The notes under the pieces are model-generated. The model was not told the origin of the DNA, made no database searches, and worked only from the letters and a program-made list of their open reading frames with translations. This document shows, one piece after another, positions 1-10,770 of a DNA stretch of 64,000 nt (its first letter is position 1; each line of letters opens with the position of its first letter). Origin of the DNA: Candidatus Bathyarchaeota archaeon (GTDB lineage: Archaea > Thermoproteota > Bathyarchaeia > Bathyarchaeales > Bathycorpusculaceae); the NCBI GenBank assembly GCA_963806535.1, contig CAWDYC010000005.1:1-64000 (forward strand). Direction: 5' to 3'. Both the position numbers and the translations under genes were made by a program.

Positions 1-63
1 CCTCAGGCAGCCATATTCTGTCCTAATTGTGGCGCAAGCGAAAAACATAAGAGGGCTTTTATA
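1..63 (+). CDS. 3' part of a zinc-ribbon-containing protein (partial; true end uncertain)
   Basis: Frame 1 reads PQAAIFCPNCGASEKH, a CPNCG zinc-ribbon knuckle. Confidence 0.4.
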
Positions 64-70
64 GTGTTTT

Positions 71-110
71 TGGGACTTTTTGGGACGAATCAAGACGAAT
101 TGGGACGAAT
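71..110. repeat. 10-bp-period degenerate tandem repeat (TGGGACGAAT-like x4)
   Basis: tgggactttt / tgggacgaat / caagacgaat / tgggacgaat. Confidence 0.6.
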
Positions 111-266
111 TTTAACGCAACCTGCAAACATTGCAAGCTTTAAACTAAAAAAGCAACTTAAAGGACAAAGAACAAAAACTGCACAAAAAACCGTCAGTAA
201 CCTGGTTTTAGGAACTTCGGATAAAATAGACAAAAAAATAAAGTGTTTAAAAAACAAAAATTGGGT

Positions 267-1072
267 TTAGTGGGAGTATACTTTCTCGTATGGTCTCTTT
301 GAGATGGGTAGGATTTTCTTGGAATTTATCCGTCATGATTTCTTTGGGGTCAGCGCCGAAGTGGCTACAGTATACGTTGACTAGGGCTTTCGATGGTTTT
401 TATGTCGCGTTTGCCGACGTTCCATGATTTTTGTTCCGTTCACGGGTTCGAGGATTTCTCCACGTTCGTAGATGACGCCGCCATGCATGCCTGTGCCGAC
501 GAAGCGTGCGATGCATTTTTCGCCTTCTTTGAGGTTTAAGCCAAGGATCACGCTGACTCCGCCTGCCATGTACTCCGCGAAGAAGTCGCCTGCTGTCTGG
601 CCGATGACGATTGTGGGATTTTGTTTTGGTATTCTTTCATGTGGATGCCGACTCGGTAGCCGACGTCGTCGCGGACGAAGATTTTGCCGCCTCTCATTGA
701 GTTGCCTGTTACGTCTCCTGCGTGGCCGTGGATTATTATTTGGCCTTCGTTCATTGTGTTGCCGCAGCCATCCTGTACGTTGCCGTGTACCATCACTCTT
801 GGTCCATTCATGAATGCGCCTAGATCGTTACCTGGGGTTCCGTAGATGTCGATCTGCATGGTTGTATCTAGGTCTGTGCCGATGTAACGTTGTCCGCAGA
901 CACCGTGAATCTCGATTTTTTCAAGATCCACTGAACAGATTGCCTGTCTAAGCAGAGTGTTTAGCTCTCTGTAGTAGAGTCCTTCTGCGTTGATTTTTAT
1001 GACTTTTTCATCTTTTTTTATGAGTGGAAGGTATTTTGCTTCAATTTCCAATATGGGTTTTTGTTGCAGCAT
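267..1072 (-). CDS. Glutamate synthase GXGXG (C-terminal, GltB3) domain protein; frameshifted in this sequence
   Basis: GTPGNDLGAFMNG, GNTMNEG, GIHMKEY, then MAGG..GTGMHGGVIY in another frame; ends ..PISKRPYEKVYSH*. Confidence 0.85.
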
Positions 1073-1074
1073 TT

Positions 1075-2591
1075 TTATTCTCCTGCCAATTTTACTCCTA
1101 AGATTCTTGATTTAGCTTTGATAAGCCGACGCCTCTGAGTGCTAATCTGTTGCCTCGTAAGCTTTCGATTGCGTTTATGCCCATGCCGCCCATCATGTCT
1201 TCGGATCTCGTTGCTCCAGCTGTTTAGCATGTTAACGAGTCGTTTGGATGCTATGTCGGGGTTGATGCGTTTACTAATCCACGGGTCACTTGTCGCGATT
1301 CCCCACGGGCATTTGCCGGTGTAGCACCGTTGGCAAACCGTGCAGCCTATAAGAAATCAAGGCTGCAGTTGCAATGTACACCGCGTCCGCGCCAAGTGCA
1401 ATCGCTTTAAACACGTCTGCGCTGCTTCTGATGCCGCCTGCTATAACTACGGAAGCGTTGTTGCGTATGCCTTCGTCTCTGAGCCGTTGGTCTACTTGTG
1501 CAAGGGCTAATTCGATAGGTATGCCTACGTTGTCTCTGATGACTTTGGGTGCTGCGCCAGTTGCACCTCGTACGCCGTCAAGAGCAATTATGTCTGCTCC
1601 AGCTGGCACCATTCCGCTGGCGATTGCTGCTGCATTGTGAACTGCAGCAATTTTCACTGAAATTGGTTTGGTGTAGTTTGTAGCTTCTTTTAATGCGTAA
1701 ATTAGTTGTCGCAGGTCTTCAATTGAATATATGTCGTGTTGGGGGTAAGGTGAAAGTGCATCAGTGCCTTCTGGAATCATGCGTGTTTTAGCTACGTGCT
1801 CTGTTACTTTTTCGCCTGGTAAGTGTCCGCCTATGCCTGGTTTTGCGCCTTGACCTATTTTTATTTCTACAGCCGCACCTGCATTCAAGTATTTAGGATG
1901 TACACCGAAGCGTCCAGAAGCAACTTGAACAATTGTGTGTTCGCCGTATTTGTAGAGGCTTTTGTCTAAGCCGCCTTCTCCAGTGTTAAAATATGTGCCG
2001 CACTCGGTTGCTGCCCGTGCCAAGGCTTCGTGCACGTTGAGGCTGATTGCGCCGTAGGACATGGCTGAAAACATTACTGGAATGTCAAGGCAAAGCTGCG
2101 GCGAAAGAGGTGTCTTTAGTATTGTTTCACGATTTTCCACTTTCAATATTTTCTAGCTTGTCTGGTTTAGCGCCCAGATAAGTTCTAATTTCCATCGGCT
2201 CACGCAGTGGGTCGATTGACGGGTTAGTGACTTCACTAGCGTTCAGCAGTAGTCGGTCCCAGTAAGTGTAGAACGGTTTGTCGCAGCCCATGCCTGTTAA
2301 GATGACTCCGCCGGTTTCAGCTTGTTTTTTTACGTCTCGGATGGCTTCCATTGTCCAGTTGGCGTTGTCTCTACTGGCATTAGTGTTCTTTTTTATCGTG
2401 ATCGCGTGCGTTGGGCAGAAGGTTACGCATCGTTGGCAGTCTACACAGTTCTCGTCTTTACTGCAAATTGTGTCTGTTTCTGCATCGTAGCTGTGGGTTT
2501 CGTATGTGCATTGGTTAACGCATACTTTGCAGCGTATGCAACGGTTTTGGTCGCGTTCAACTAAATATTCGGGAATTATGTAAGTTTTCAT
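1075..2591 (-). CDS. Glutamate synthase FMN-binding subunit (GltB2) with N-terminal 2x[4Fe-4S]; frameshifted
   Basis: CIRCKVCVNQC and CVDCQRCVTFCP; AMSYGAIS, QVASGRFGV, EIKIGQGAKPGIGGHLPGEKV; joins ORFs 2127-2591 and 1286-2146; ends ILGVKLAGE*. Confidence 0.9.
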
Positions 2592-3730
2592 TATCTTTGT
2601 CCTCCTGCTAAAACCTCAATGGCTTTAGGAGTGTAGTTTTTTAGTCTAGCCACTACTGGTTCTCCGCCTCTAGGGCACCAGAACTTGTCTATGATTGGTG
2701 AGACCAGACGCATCGCTGATTCTTCCGATGACAAGTAGGTGTACTCGCCATGAGTGCCAGCTACCATCGGTCGAAGCTTAATTCTGTCAGTTAAACCGAT
2801 CATTTCGCCGTGGTGAGCAACAATTATGCTGAATGGACCGTTCATTAGTAGGCTGCCGTAGGTTTGGCGTAGTGTTCTTAGGAGCTGTGCTCTTTTGGGT
2901 TCCATTTGATCTATTTCCTCCCAGAGAGGTGCTGCTAAGATTTGAGCTACTAAGTCGATTGATAGGTTTTCTCTGCGCATAAGCAAGTCAACTGCGTAAG
3001 CAAGTACTTCAGTGTCTGTTTGCATAGTGCATTTGTAACCGTACATTTCCAAGAAGCGACGGTTTATGCCATAAGATGAGAGTTCACCATTATGTACAAC
3101 TGTCCAATCAAGAATGTTGAATGGATGTGCTCCGCCCCACCAACCAGGAGTGTTTGTGGGGAATCTGCTGTGGCAAGACCAAAGGTACCCTTGATAATCT
3201 TCTAAGCAGAAGAAATCTGCGACGTCTTCGGGGAAGCCTACACCTTTGAAGACTCCCATGTCTTTGCCGCTTGAGAAAACAAAGGCCTTTCCAGTTTCAG
3301 TGTTAATTCGCATTATTGCTTCTATGACGTAGTCTTCTTCGGTTTGGTTTTCAGGTCGCTGTTTCTTAGGTGTCACAAAATACCGCCATACAAGTGGAGG
3401 ATTATGGACTTTGGCTGGTTTCGTCTGCATTTCTTCATCATACATTATATCAAATTTTGAGGCAAGAATGTGGTCGGTTTTGTCTTTAGCGTCTTGGCTT
3501 AGGTACATCACGTGAAAAGCATAATGGTCTTTGAAGTCTGGATATATGCCATAAACCGCAAAGCCGCCGCCTAAGCCATTGCCTCGGTCATGCATGTTTG
3601 TTATTGCGCGGACAGGATCTTTTGAGCTGAAGCGTTTGCCTTCGGTATTCATCATGCCGAAAAGGGCGCAGCCTGAGAAATCCTTGTCGTCCCCAAATGG
3701 ATTTATTATTTTTCTATCGTTTTGATTCAT
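2591..3730 (-). CDS. Glutamate synthase class II glutamine amidotransferase subunit (GltB1)
   Basis: DFSG/CALFG N-terminal nucleophile Cys, RGNGLGGGF, HSRFPTNT, GAHPF, HNGE, TDTE. Confidence 0.9.
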   Translation of the reverse strand: MNQNDRKIINPFGDDKDFSGCALFGMMNTEGKRFSSKDPVRAITNMHDRGNGLGGGFAVYGIYPDFKDHYAFHVMYLSQDAKDKTDHILASKFDIMYDEEMQTKPAKVHNPPLVWRYFVTPKKQRPENQTEEDYVIEAIMRINTETGKAFVFSSGKDMGVFKGVGFPEDVADFFCLEDYQGYLWSCHSRFPTNTPGWWGGAHPFNILDWTVVHNGELSSYGINRRFLEMYGYKCTMQTDTEVLAYAVDLLMRRENLSIDLVAQILAAPLWEEIDQMEPKRAQLLRTLRQTYGSLLMNGPFSIIVAHHGEMIGLTDRIKLRPMVAGTHGEYTYLSSEESAMRLVSPIIDKFWCPRGGEPVVARLKNYTPKAIEVLAGGQR

Positions 3731-5011
3731 TATTGTACCACACTCATTTTTTTCTGGAGACCAGTTGGTAATGTTGCCAAGTTGAAGTCGTCTGCGAGAA
3801 GTTGTTCTTTGAATTTTTTCACGTTTATTGTGTTCTTTATTAAATAGAACAAGATTCCTGCTCGTTCGATGCAGTTTACAAGTGTCATGCCTACGATAAC
3901 GTTGTTTCTGAGGACCAGCTTCTTGTAGATGTTGTTTTCCAGGTCTTGCTTAACAAGGATTTCCAGTGTTGGGTCCTCTTTGGGGTTAGCTAATCCAATA
4001 GACACGATGGGGACGCCAAAGTACTTGAGGCTACTCATGTTTGTACCGCCGCCATATGTGGTTTTCTTGCCTGCCATATTATAGCCTGCAACTCGTCCCT
4101 CCAGGACCCGCTAGAGGCCAAAGGGGCAAGGTGCGGTTCTGGTTAATTATAAAATCATAAGCCTCAGCAACGTCGCCGCTAGCGTAAACGTTAGGTACAT
4201 TTGTCTGCATTAGATTATCTACCACGATTCCTCTGTTGAGTTTTACGGCGCTTCCAAGGACTAATTCGGTGCGTGGAATAACGCCGATTGCCATGAGGAC
4301 AAGGTCGCAGGGCACTTGGTCGCCTTTGGTTAGGAGTACTCCGCCGACTGTTCCATCATTGTCTGGTTTACCTAAGATTTTCTGGACAGATTGGCCAGTG
4401 ACAATGTTAACGCCTGCTTTTCTAACAACAGCTTCCATAATATCGGAGCCTTTCGCGTCTAAAAGCAAGCTAAGAATTTTATCCTGCAGCTCAACCATCG
4501 TAACTTTCAACCCGCGCTTGAGAAGCGCTTCAGTGACACTTATGCCAATAAGTCCCCCGCCTATGACGATCGCTGCTTTAGCATTTATTGCGTCGATTTT
4601 TGCTGAAATGCGCTGGGCATCACTTATTGTCGTGAATGTGAACACGCCGTCTTTGTCTGAGCCTTCCGTTTTTGGAACAAACGGTTTGCCACCTGTTGCA
4701 AGTAGCAATTTTTCGTAAGAAACTTTTTCGCCGGTTTCAAGTTGAACAGTTTTTTCGGCTAAGTTTAGAGCTGTTGCTTTTTTGCCCGTGAGTGTTTCTA
4801 CATTATTGGTTTTCCAGAACTCTTCGTTTCGGCAATCCATTTTTTTTGCATCTGCTTTGCCGCTTACAAAGTCACTAATCATTGGTCGGCTATAGTGAGT
4901 GCATGTTTCGTCAGAAATTATTGCTATGCTCCCGGCTGGGTCTACTTCTCGAATGGCTTCAACCGCGCCTATGCCTGCTGCTGAAGCTCCAACAATAACA
5001 TACTTTGCCAT
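3730..5011 (-). CDS. FAD/NAD(P)-dependent oxidoreductase (pyridine nucleotide-disulfide family); frameshift near 4080
   Basis: VIVGASAAG, LLLATGG, IGGGLIG, TNVPNVYASGD; C-terminus in ORF 3730-4077. Confidence 0.85.
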
Positions 5012-5458
5012 TTACTGTTTCACCTCTTTGAATACCAACGCTTCATTTGGGCAGTTGGCAACACATGCTGGCTCATCAAAACCTTGACATAAGTCGCACT
5101 TTGCAACTACATGACCTTCTTTATCCATTTTTATTGCGCCGAATGGGCAAACCATTATACAAGTCCAGCAACCCATGCATTTCTCTTTGTCGTGTGTTAC
5201 TTGACCAGTTTTTTCATCTTTCTTCATTGCTCCCGACAAACATGCGACAACGCAGGGTGCATCTTCGCAGTGTCGACATTGGATGGCGAAGGAAACTGGT
5301 TTGTTCCGTTGGACAGTTACTCTACTAATTGGTTTTGGGCGTTCGCTGTTGTAGGCTTTGACTATGTCTTTTGATTTTGAATGTTGGACTGTACAGTATA
5401 CTTCACATAGTCCGCAGCCCATGCAGTTTTCTTGTTTTGCAATTATTCTTTTAACCAT
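5012..5458 (-). CDS. 4Fe-4S dicluster (CooF/HydN-like) ferredoxin
   Basis: CMGCGLCEVYC, CRHCEDAPC, CMGCWTCIMVCPFG, KCDLC..PACVANCP. Confidence 0.9.
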   Translation of the reverse strand: MVKRIIAKQENCMGCGLCEVYCTVQHSKSKDIVKAYNSERPKPISRVTVQRNKPVSFAIQCRHCEDAPCVVACLSGAMKKDEKTGQVTHDKEKCMGCWTCIMVCPFGAIKMDKEGHVVAKCDLCQGFDEPACVANCPNEALVFKEVKQ

Positions 5459-5487
5459 AGGTTAAACCTCGTTAACTTTCATGTTTA

Positions 5488-5575
5488 GCGTGGACAAGTG
5501 AGCATTAGAATGTGGAGTTCCACGTCGCTTGTGGATAGAACAGCTTTGGTTTCGGCTGATTGGCTACCACAAGTC
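5488..5575 (-). promoter_or_regulatory. Structured 5' leader of the glutamate synthase operon (two hairpins)
   Basis: CTTGTGG/CCACAAG stem enclosing CAGC/GCTG; CGTGGA/TCCACG stem; TAAATA box on minus at about 5604-5609. Confidence 0.4.
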
Positions 5576-5734
5576 ATGATAACTTTGCGTGTGTTTAATG
5601 CCATATTTACCACTTTCATGATGAGAGTTAGCCCACTAAAATAGCATTTATTCTATATAACTTTGTTGATAATCATTTATATGTAACTTCATGAAATATG
5701 TAAACTAAACGAAACATATATCAGGTGACTGATT

Positions 5735-6838
5735 TTGGCAGAAAAAGACCTAGGCTATAGACGAGTTCAATGCACAGGAAGAGGCTCGTACATAATATCA
5801 CTACCAAAAGAATGGGTTCAAGACCTAGAATTGAAACGAGGCAGCGAAATAGCCTTCAACATCCAACCGGATTCCACACTGACCTTAGTTCCTAGAAAAA
5901 TCCAGGAAAAAGAAGGCAGAGGCAACGAAGCCAAACCAAAAGAGTACTACATCAACATAGACCCCAAAGAAAACATACAATCCATACTTCGCATGATTCG
6001 AGCGTTATACGCTATAGGAGCCGACATAATAAGAGTCCACTTCAAAAACCCTCAAGACGCTGTGAAATACAAAAACGAAATAAAAAATCTCTCCAGAGAC
6101 AACTTTTTAGGTTCAGAAATAATCGATGAAACTGCAGACGAAATAACTCTGCAAATCCTCATAAAGCACTCAGAGTTTCCCATTGAAAAAGCCGTTAGAA
6201 GAATGGCAATCGTAGCATTGTCTGCAAACAGAGACGCCATAGCCGCCCTAAAAGACAAAAACACCGCACTCTTTGACAGCGTAATCCACTCCCACAACGA
6301 TGTAAACCGCTTGGGACTATACATTGTTCGCCAGCTAAAATATGGGATAGAACGAAACCTCTTTCGGGAACTCGGTTTTAAAACCCCAAAAGAATTCCTT
6401 CTCTACCGCATCGCCGTAAATGACATTGAAAGTATTGCCCAAAACGCAATGAACATAATCAATCACTTGGGCGCTCTCCAAAAACTAATCGATGATGAAA
6501 CCCTTTTCGTAAAAGATCCTATAGATGAAGAAATATATAATCAACTAGTCAATTTCAGCTCACAGGCACACCAACTATACGATGACTCGATAAAAGCCCT
6601 GTTCAAGAGAGAATACAAAGACGCTGAAAAATTAATTTCAAAACGAGAATCGTTGCATCCGCTCGAAAATGAATTAATCATGCTTATGTCAAGCAAAAAA
6701 CTTGATCCAAACATTGCTTCAGTACTTAGATTGATTTTTGACAGTTCGAGGCGCATAATGGATTACAGCGGAAACATGGCGGAGCTGACGCTTAACAGAA
6801 CAGTAGAAGAACTGTGCTCGACTTTAACTTACAAATAA
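5735..6838 (+). CDS. AbrB/PhoU-family transcriptional regulator
   Basis: RRVQCTGRGSYIISLPKEW AbrB-type N-terminus followed by PhoU helical repeats. Confidence 0.85.
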   Translation: MAEKDLGYRRVQCTGRGSYIISLPKEWVQDLELKRGSEIAFNIQPDSTLTLVPRKIQEKEGRGNEAKPKEYYINIDPKENIQSILRMIRALYAIGADIIRVHFKNPQDAVKYKNEIKNLSRDNFLGSEIIDETADEITLQILIKHSEFPIEKAVRRMAIVALSANRDAIAALKDKNTALFDSVIHSHNDVNRLGLYIVRQLKYGIERNLFRELGFKTPKEFLLYRIAVNDIESIAQNAMNIINHLGALQKLIDDETLFVKDPIDEEIYNQLVNFSSQAHQLYDDSIKALFKREYKDAEKLISKRESLHPLENELIMLMSSKKLDPNIASVLRLIFDSSRRIMDYSGNMAELTLNRTVEELCSTLTYK

Positions 6839-6999
6839 TCCAACATTTCATATTTATGGATTAAAAACCAAACCAGTTAGCAATCAAGCCAGTGAGGGCT
6901 TCAGTACTTGCCGTCAGTGGTTAATTACGGAATATCAAAAAAATAATTTTGCGAGGAAATTGTTGGTACTGATAGCTCTCCAACGGGTTGCAGAGTTAC

Positions 7000-8526
7000 T
7001 TAGCGTGATTTGTCCACCAGTTGCTTCGCAACCCTGTAGCCGCATATAACAGTGCCTGAATGCCCCTCACCAGGAAATGCCCAAGCAGAACTCAAATACA
7101 GGTTCTTAATAGGGCACTTTAATTCCCTATCCATCGGCGTAAACTGGTCTGTGGTGTTAGCCCAACCATACATTGCGCCGTTAGGGTTGCCCGAATATCG
7201 TTTGAGCGTTAAAGGCGTCGCAATCTCGATGGTTTCAACATGTTTGGATAACTCAGGGATGATTTTTTCTGCTCTCTTGATTAATGCCGCTGCCAGCCGG
7301 TCTTTTTCTTTGTTGTATTCAGCTTTGTTTCCCAATTTGTAGTCTGCTTCAAACTTCTTCCAATAACTAAACGGATGAATCTGAACCAGTCCCGCTACAA
7401 ATTTGCCGTCCTTAGCCAATGACCCGTCAATGTTTGAGAACAAAGTGATCATGAAGCAGGCTTTCTCAAAATTATTATTCAAAGAATCCGCGTAATCTTG
7501 GGTAAGGTCGTAAGTGTCGGAAACGATGATTTCGAAATCCTGCTTGTCAATTTTTTCCTTGAAAGTTTCGTCTAAGCCAAGAAACACTAAGAAGCCTGAG
7601 TCGGACAACTGTCTCTTTTCCAATTTGGCTAAAAATTTAGCGGGAACTTTGTCTCCGCCTATAAGGTTTTGGAAAGTCAACATTGGGTTAACGTTTGAGA
7701 TTATATTTTTTGCGAGGTATTTTTGACCCTTTGCAGTTTGAACGCCGACGGCTTTGCCGTTTTCAACGTTAATTGAAGTAACTTCTGACCCTAAAAGAAT
7801 ACTCCCGTTTTTGCGTTTGATGGCAGCAACAAAGGCATCCGTTAACACTTGATCGCCCCCCTTAGGATAGTATGCGCCTTCCAACCAGAAACCCATATTA
7901 GCAAACAACGGTAAAAGGTTCATTTTACTCGGCGGCAAAGCAAAATAGCCATAGTTGGCAAAAAGCAGCGCTTTCAGTTTTTCATCCTTAAGATGCTTAT
8001 CGAGAAGCTGTTTGACTGATTTTTTCATGTTTCGAAAGAGAGCGCCATACTTCAGCGGAAACGTTGGTAGTTGCTGCCACATAGGAGCCGTCTGGGGCAT
8101 AAATCTGTTAATGTCCTCGTAAATTTTGCCTGCTTCTCTAAAAAAGTTTTGAATTCCCTCTTTTTCTTCTGGAAAGTTAGCATCAAGAACACGGATAAAT
8201 TCATCTATGTTTCCGCATGGTAGCCGAAGGTCATGTCCAGGAAAAACCAACCTCATCCAATTCTTTAATTTAATGAACTCTAAGCCGTCAACGCCACAGG
8301 ATTCAAAAAGCTTACCCATGCTCTGTCCCTGAGCAGCAGCTTCAATCATGTGAAGCCCTGAATCAAAAGTGAAAGCGCCTCTTTTGAAACTTGTCGCATA
8401 TCCACCGGGCACATTATTTTTCTCTAAAACCAGTACTTTCCAATTGTTTTTAGCAAGGTAGGCAGCGCATGATAGCCCTCCAAGACCCGCACCTACTATT
8501 ATAGCATCATAATTATTAGCTGACAT
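7000..8526 (-). CDS. Phytoene desaturase / retinol saturase-like FAD-dependent oxidoreductase
   Basis: YDAIIVGAGLGGL, PGGYATSFKRG.F.FDSG, ATPLTLKRY..NPNGAMYGW. Confidence 0.85.
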   Translation of the reverse strand: MSANNYDAIIVGAGLGGLSCAAYLAKNNWKVLVLEKNNVPGGYATSFKRGAFTFDSGLHMIEAAAQGQSMGKLFESCGVDGLEFIKLKNWMRLVFPGHDLRLPCGNIDEFIRVLDANFPEEKEGIQNFFREAGKIYEDINRFMPQTAPMWQQLPTFPLKYGALFRNMKKSVKQLLDKHLKDEKLKALLFANYGYFALPPSKMNLLPLFANMGFWLEGAYYPKGGDQVLTDAFVAAIKRKNGSILLGSEVTSINVENGKAVGVQTAKGQKYLAKNIISNVNPMLTFQNLIGGDKVPAKFLAKLEKRQLSDSGFLVFLGLDETFKEKIDKQDFEIIVSDTYDLTQDYADSLNNNFEKACFMITLFSNIDGSLAKDGKFVAGLVQIHPFSYWKKFEADYKLGNKAEYNKEKDRLAAALIKRAEKIIPELSKHVETIEIATPLTLKRYSGNPNGAMYGWANTTDQFTPMDRELKCPIKNLYLSSAWAFPGEGHSGTVICGYRVAKQLVDKSR

Positions 8527-8633
8527 ATTACTTCACAATTATGCTGTTACTGAAAATCAGAGATAACTCCTTCTAAATAGAAACTATGAAATATAATAAT
8601 CAATTATAAAACACAAGGTATCCTGCATAGAAA

Positions 8634-9410
8634 GTGACTTGGCAATTGAAGGAACTCTGTAACCTCTTATTTGAGCTTTCGAACGAAGACCGTCTCAACA
8701 TACTGCAAGAACTTAAGAGGAATCCAATGAAGCTGTCTCGTATTTCTGAAAAATTCGACTTCACCGTCCCAGAAACCGCACGAAACGTGACGAGACTAAA
8801 CGAAGCAGCCCTCATCTCAAAAGATGCCAACGGATACTATCACATAACGCCCATAGGAGAAGCAACATTACAGTTCATTCCAAGCTTCGAATTCATCTCT
8901 AAGAATAAAAAATACTTCAAAACTCACACTATCTCGAACTTACCTCCAGAATACACTGCAAGCATAGGCGCGTTGCAAAAAAGCAACTTCGTAAACGAAG
9001 TCACAGTAACCATGTTTAACTTAGAAAATATGATACGAGACGCCAAAGAGTTCATTTGGATCAGCGTGGACCAAATTCTTGCAAGTGCACTGCCACTCTT
9101 CGCTGAAGCTACCGCACGAGAGGTAGAAATCAAAAAGTTAATGCCCAGAAACGCAGCCATTCCCCAAAGTATCTTGACGCTTGCTAACGACCCCGTTTTT
9201 GAACGTGCTGCCAGAGCGAAGTTGCTGGAAAGCCGATACTTGGACAAGCTTGACGTGGTCATTATGATTTCTGAGAAAGAAGTTGCTGCCATCAGTTTTC
9301 AAAACTTAGAGGGCACATTTGACTACGAATCGTTCAGAACCAGCAACGAGGCAGCGCTTAACTGGACAAAATCTTTATTTCTTCATTACTGGGAAAGAGC
9401 AAAACGATAA
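8634..9410 (+). CDS. ArsR-type wHTH regulator with DUF1724-like C-terminus
   Basis: LFELSNEDRLNIL wHTH; C-terminal W..LF.HYWE. Confidence 0.75.
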   Translation: MTWQLKELCNLLFELSNEDRLNILQELKRNPMKLSRISEKFDFTVPETARNVTRLNEAALISKDANGYYHITPIGEATLQFIPSFEFISKNKKYFKTHTISNLPPEYTASIGALQKSNFVNEVTVTMFNLENMIRDAKEFIWISVDQILASALPLFAEATAREVEIKKLMPRNAAIPQSILTLANDPVFERAARAKLLESRYLDKLDVVIMISEKEVAAISFQNLEGTFDYESFRTSNEAALNWTKSLFLHYWERAKR

Positions 9411-9441
9411 CTTCAAATATTTTTTAGAAATTGACAAGGTT

Positions 9442-10653
9442 TCAGTTTTTCTCATTAATAACCTGAGATATCAGGAGCGCCGCGTTTTTCGCCCCGTCAG
9501 TTGGGAATGGAGCATAATTAACCTGTTTGCCAAAGTTTGATAGCACAGCCGCTGCCAGCATTTCAGGGTTAGTTTTCGAAAAATCCATTCTGACTCCAGC
9601 TCTTTGGCGTTCGCACCTAAATGTCACGTTGACTTCTTGTTCCACATGCTGCTTAAGCGGAAAATACAGAAAAGGCCGACCCAGCGCCGTTAACTCCAAA
9701 GTAACTGTTCCACCTCCAGTAACGATACAGAGATCCGCTGCTGCCAAATGCTTATGCAACTCCGGCACATACCCTCTGACCTCGACGCCTTCAGGCGCCT
9801 GAATCGACTCTGGATTAACGTTGGGTCCGCAAACCAAGACCATTTTAAGGTTTGGAAGCTTTGTTTTAATGATTGGGTAAGCATGTTCGCATAAGGTTAA
9901 GAGGTCTTTTCCTGCGGAAGTGCCGCCGATAGTGCAGAAGATTAACGGCTGATTGCTGTAGCCTAGAAGTTGCCGAGCCCTGTTTTTTTCGCGGTATTCT
10001 TCAGGGTTAAAAGACAGCACATAACCCACGAAATCCACCTGCTCCATAGCGAGGTTTCGCATGTTTGGAAGCATGAACCCAAATTTTTGATCTGCAACAT
10101 CTTCAACTTCGCCTATGAATAAACTTCGGTCAGCTACTGGTTTCCCAGCTTGCAAACCTTTGGCCCAAAGCCGATTAATCATGTAAGTTCCGATAGCATC
10201 CATGAGGTTTTGGGTGACACGATCTATCCCGATGCAATCATAAATCATGACAAAGGGGAAATTTCGAAAGCCAGGGTTCATAGTTCTCTCTATTAGCACT
10301 TCGTAGGCCTCGTCTCCAACCACTAAGTCGAAATGTTCCTCTTCAACAAGTTTTGCCACGATTTGAGCGTTAGCCTTCCAGTCTTTCCTCATGCTCATTA
10401 TCCACTTTACCAAGTTAGCTTTGTAACCTTCTGCTGAGCTATTCATTTTTGCGTTGGCATGAGCCCAAACTTTGACTTCGGGAAGAAGTTTTTCTCCAGT
10501 CTGCTCAAGAATCATGCTGGCAGGATCATCCGCCAACCAGCTAACCTCTACGGTGGGCTCAATTTTACGTAGGGCTCTCACAATTTCGATGTCTCTTCCA
10601 ACATGCCCCAAGCCAATAGAACCGCTGATGAAAAGCACCTTTTTCCTATCCAT
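9442..10653 (-). CDS. GT-B glycosyltransferase (GT28/MurG-like)
   Basis: SGSIGLGHVGRD, TIGGTSAG, AADLCIVTGGGTVTLELTALGRP, HVEQ. Confidence 0.8.
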   Translation of the reverse strand: MDRKKVLFISGSIGLGHVGRDIEIVRALRKIEPTVEVSWLADDPASMILEQTGEKLLPEVKVWAHANAKMNSSAEGYKANLVKWIMSMRKDWKANAQIVAKLVEEEHFDLVVGDEAYEVLIERTMNPGFRNFPFVMIYDCIGIDRVTQNLMDAIGTYMINRLWAKGLQAGKPVADRSLFIGEVEDVADQKFGFMLPNMRNLAMEQVDFVGYVLSFNPEEYREKNRARQLLGYSNQPLIFCTIGGTSAGKDLLTLCEHAYPIIKTKLPNLKMVLVCGPNVNPESIQAPEGVEVRGYVPELHKHLAAADLCIVTGGGTVTLELTALGRPFLYFPLKQHVEQEVNVTFRCERQRAGVRMDFSKTNPEMLAAAVLSNFGKQVNYAPFPTDGAKNAALLISQVINEKN

Positions 10654-10770
10654 CTTTTGCCAGACTACTTTGATATGATGCGTGGTTTCCGTATATAACA
10701 CTGTTTCATGACCAACTTCTCAAGAAATGGAAAAAAGATTGTAAAAACACAGAATTAGCTTAATGAATTG

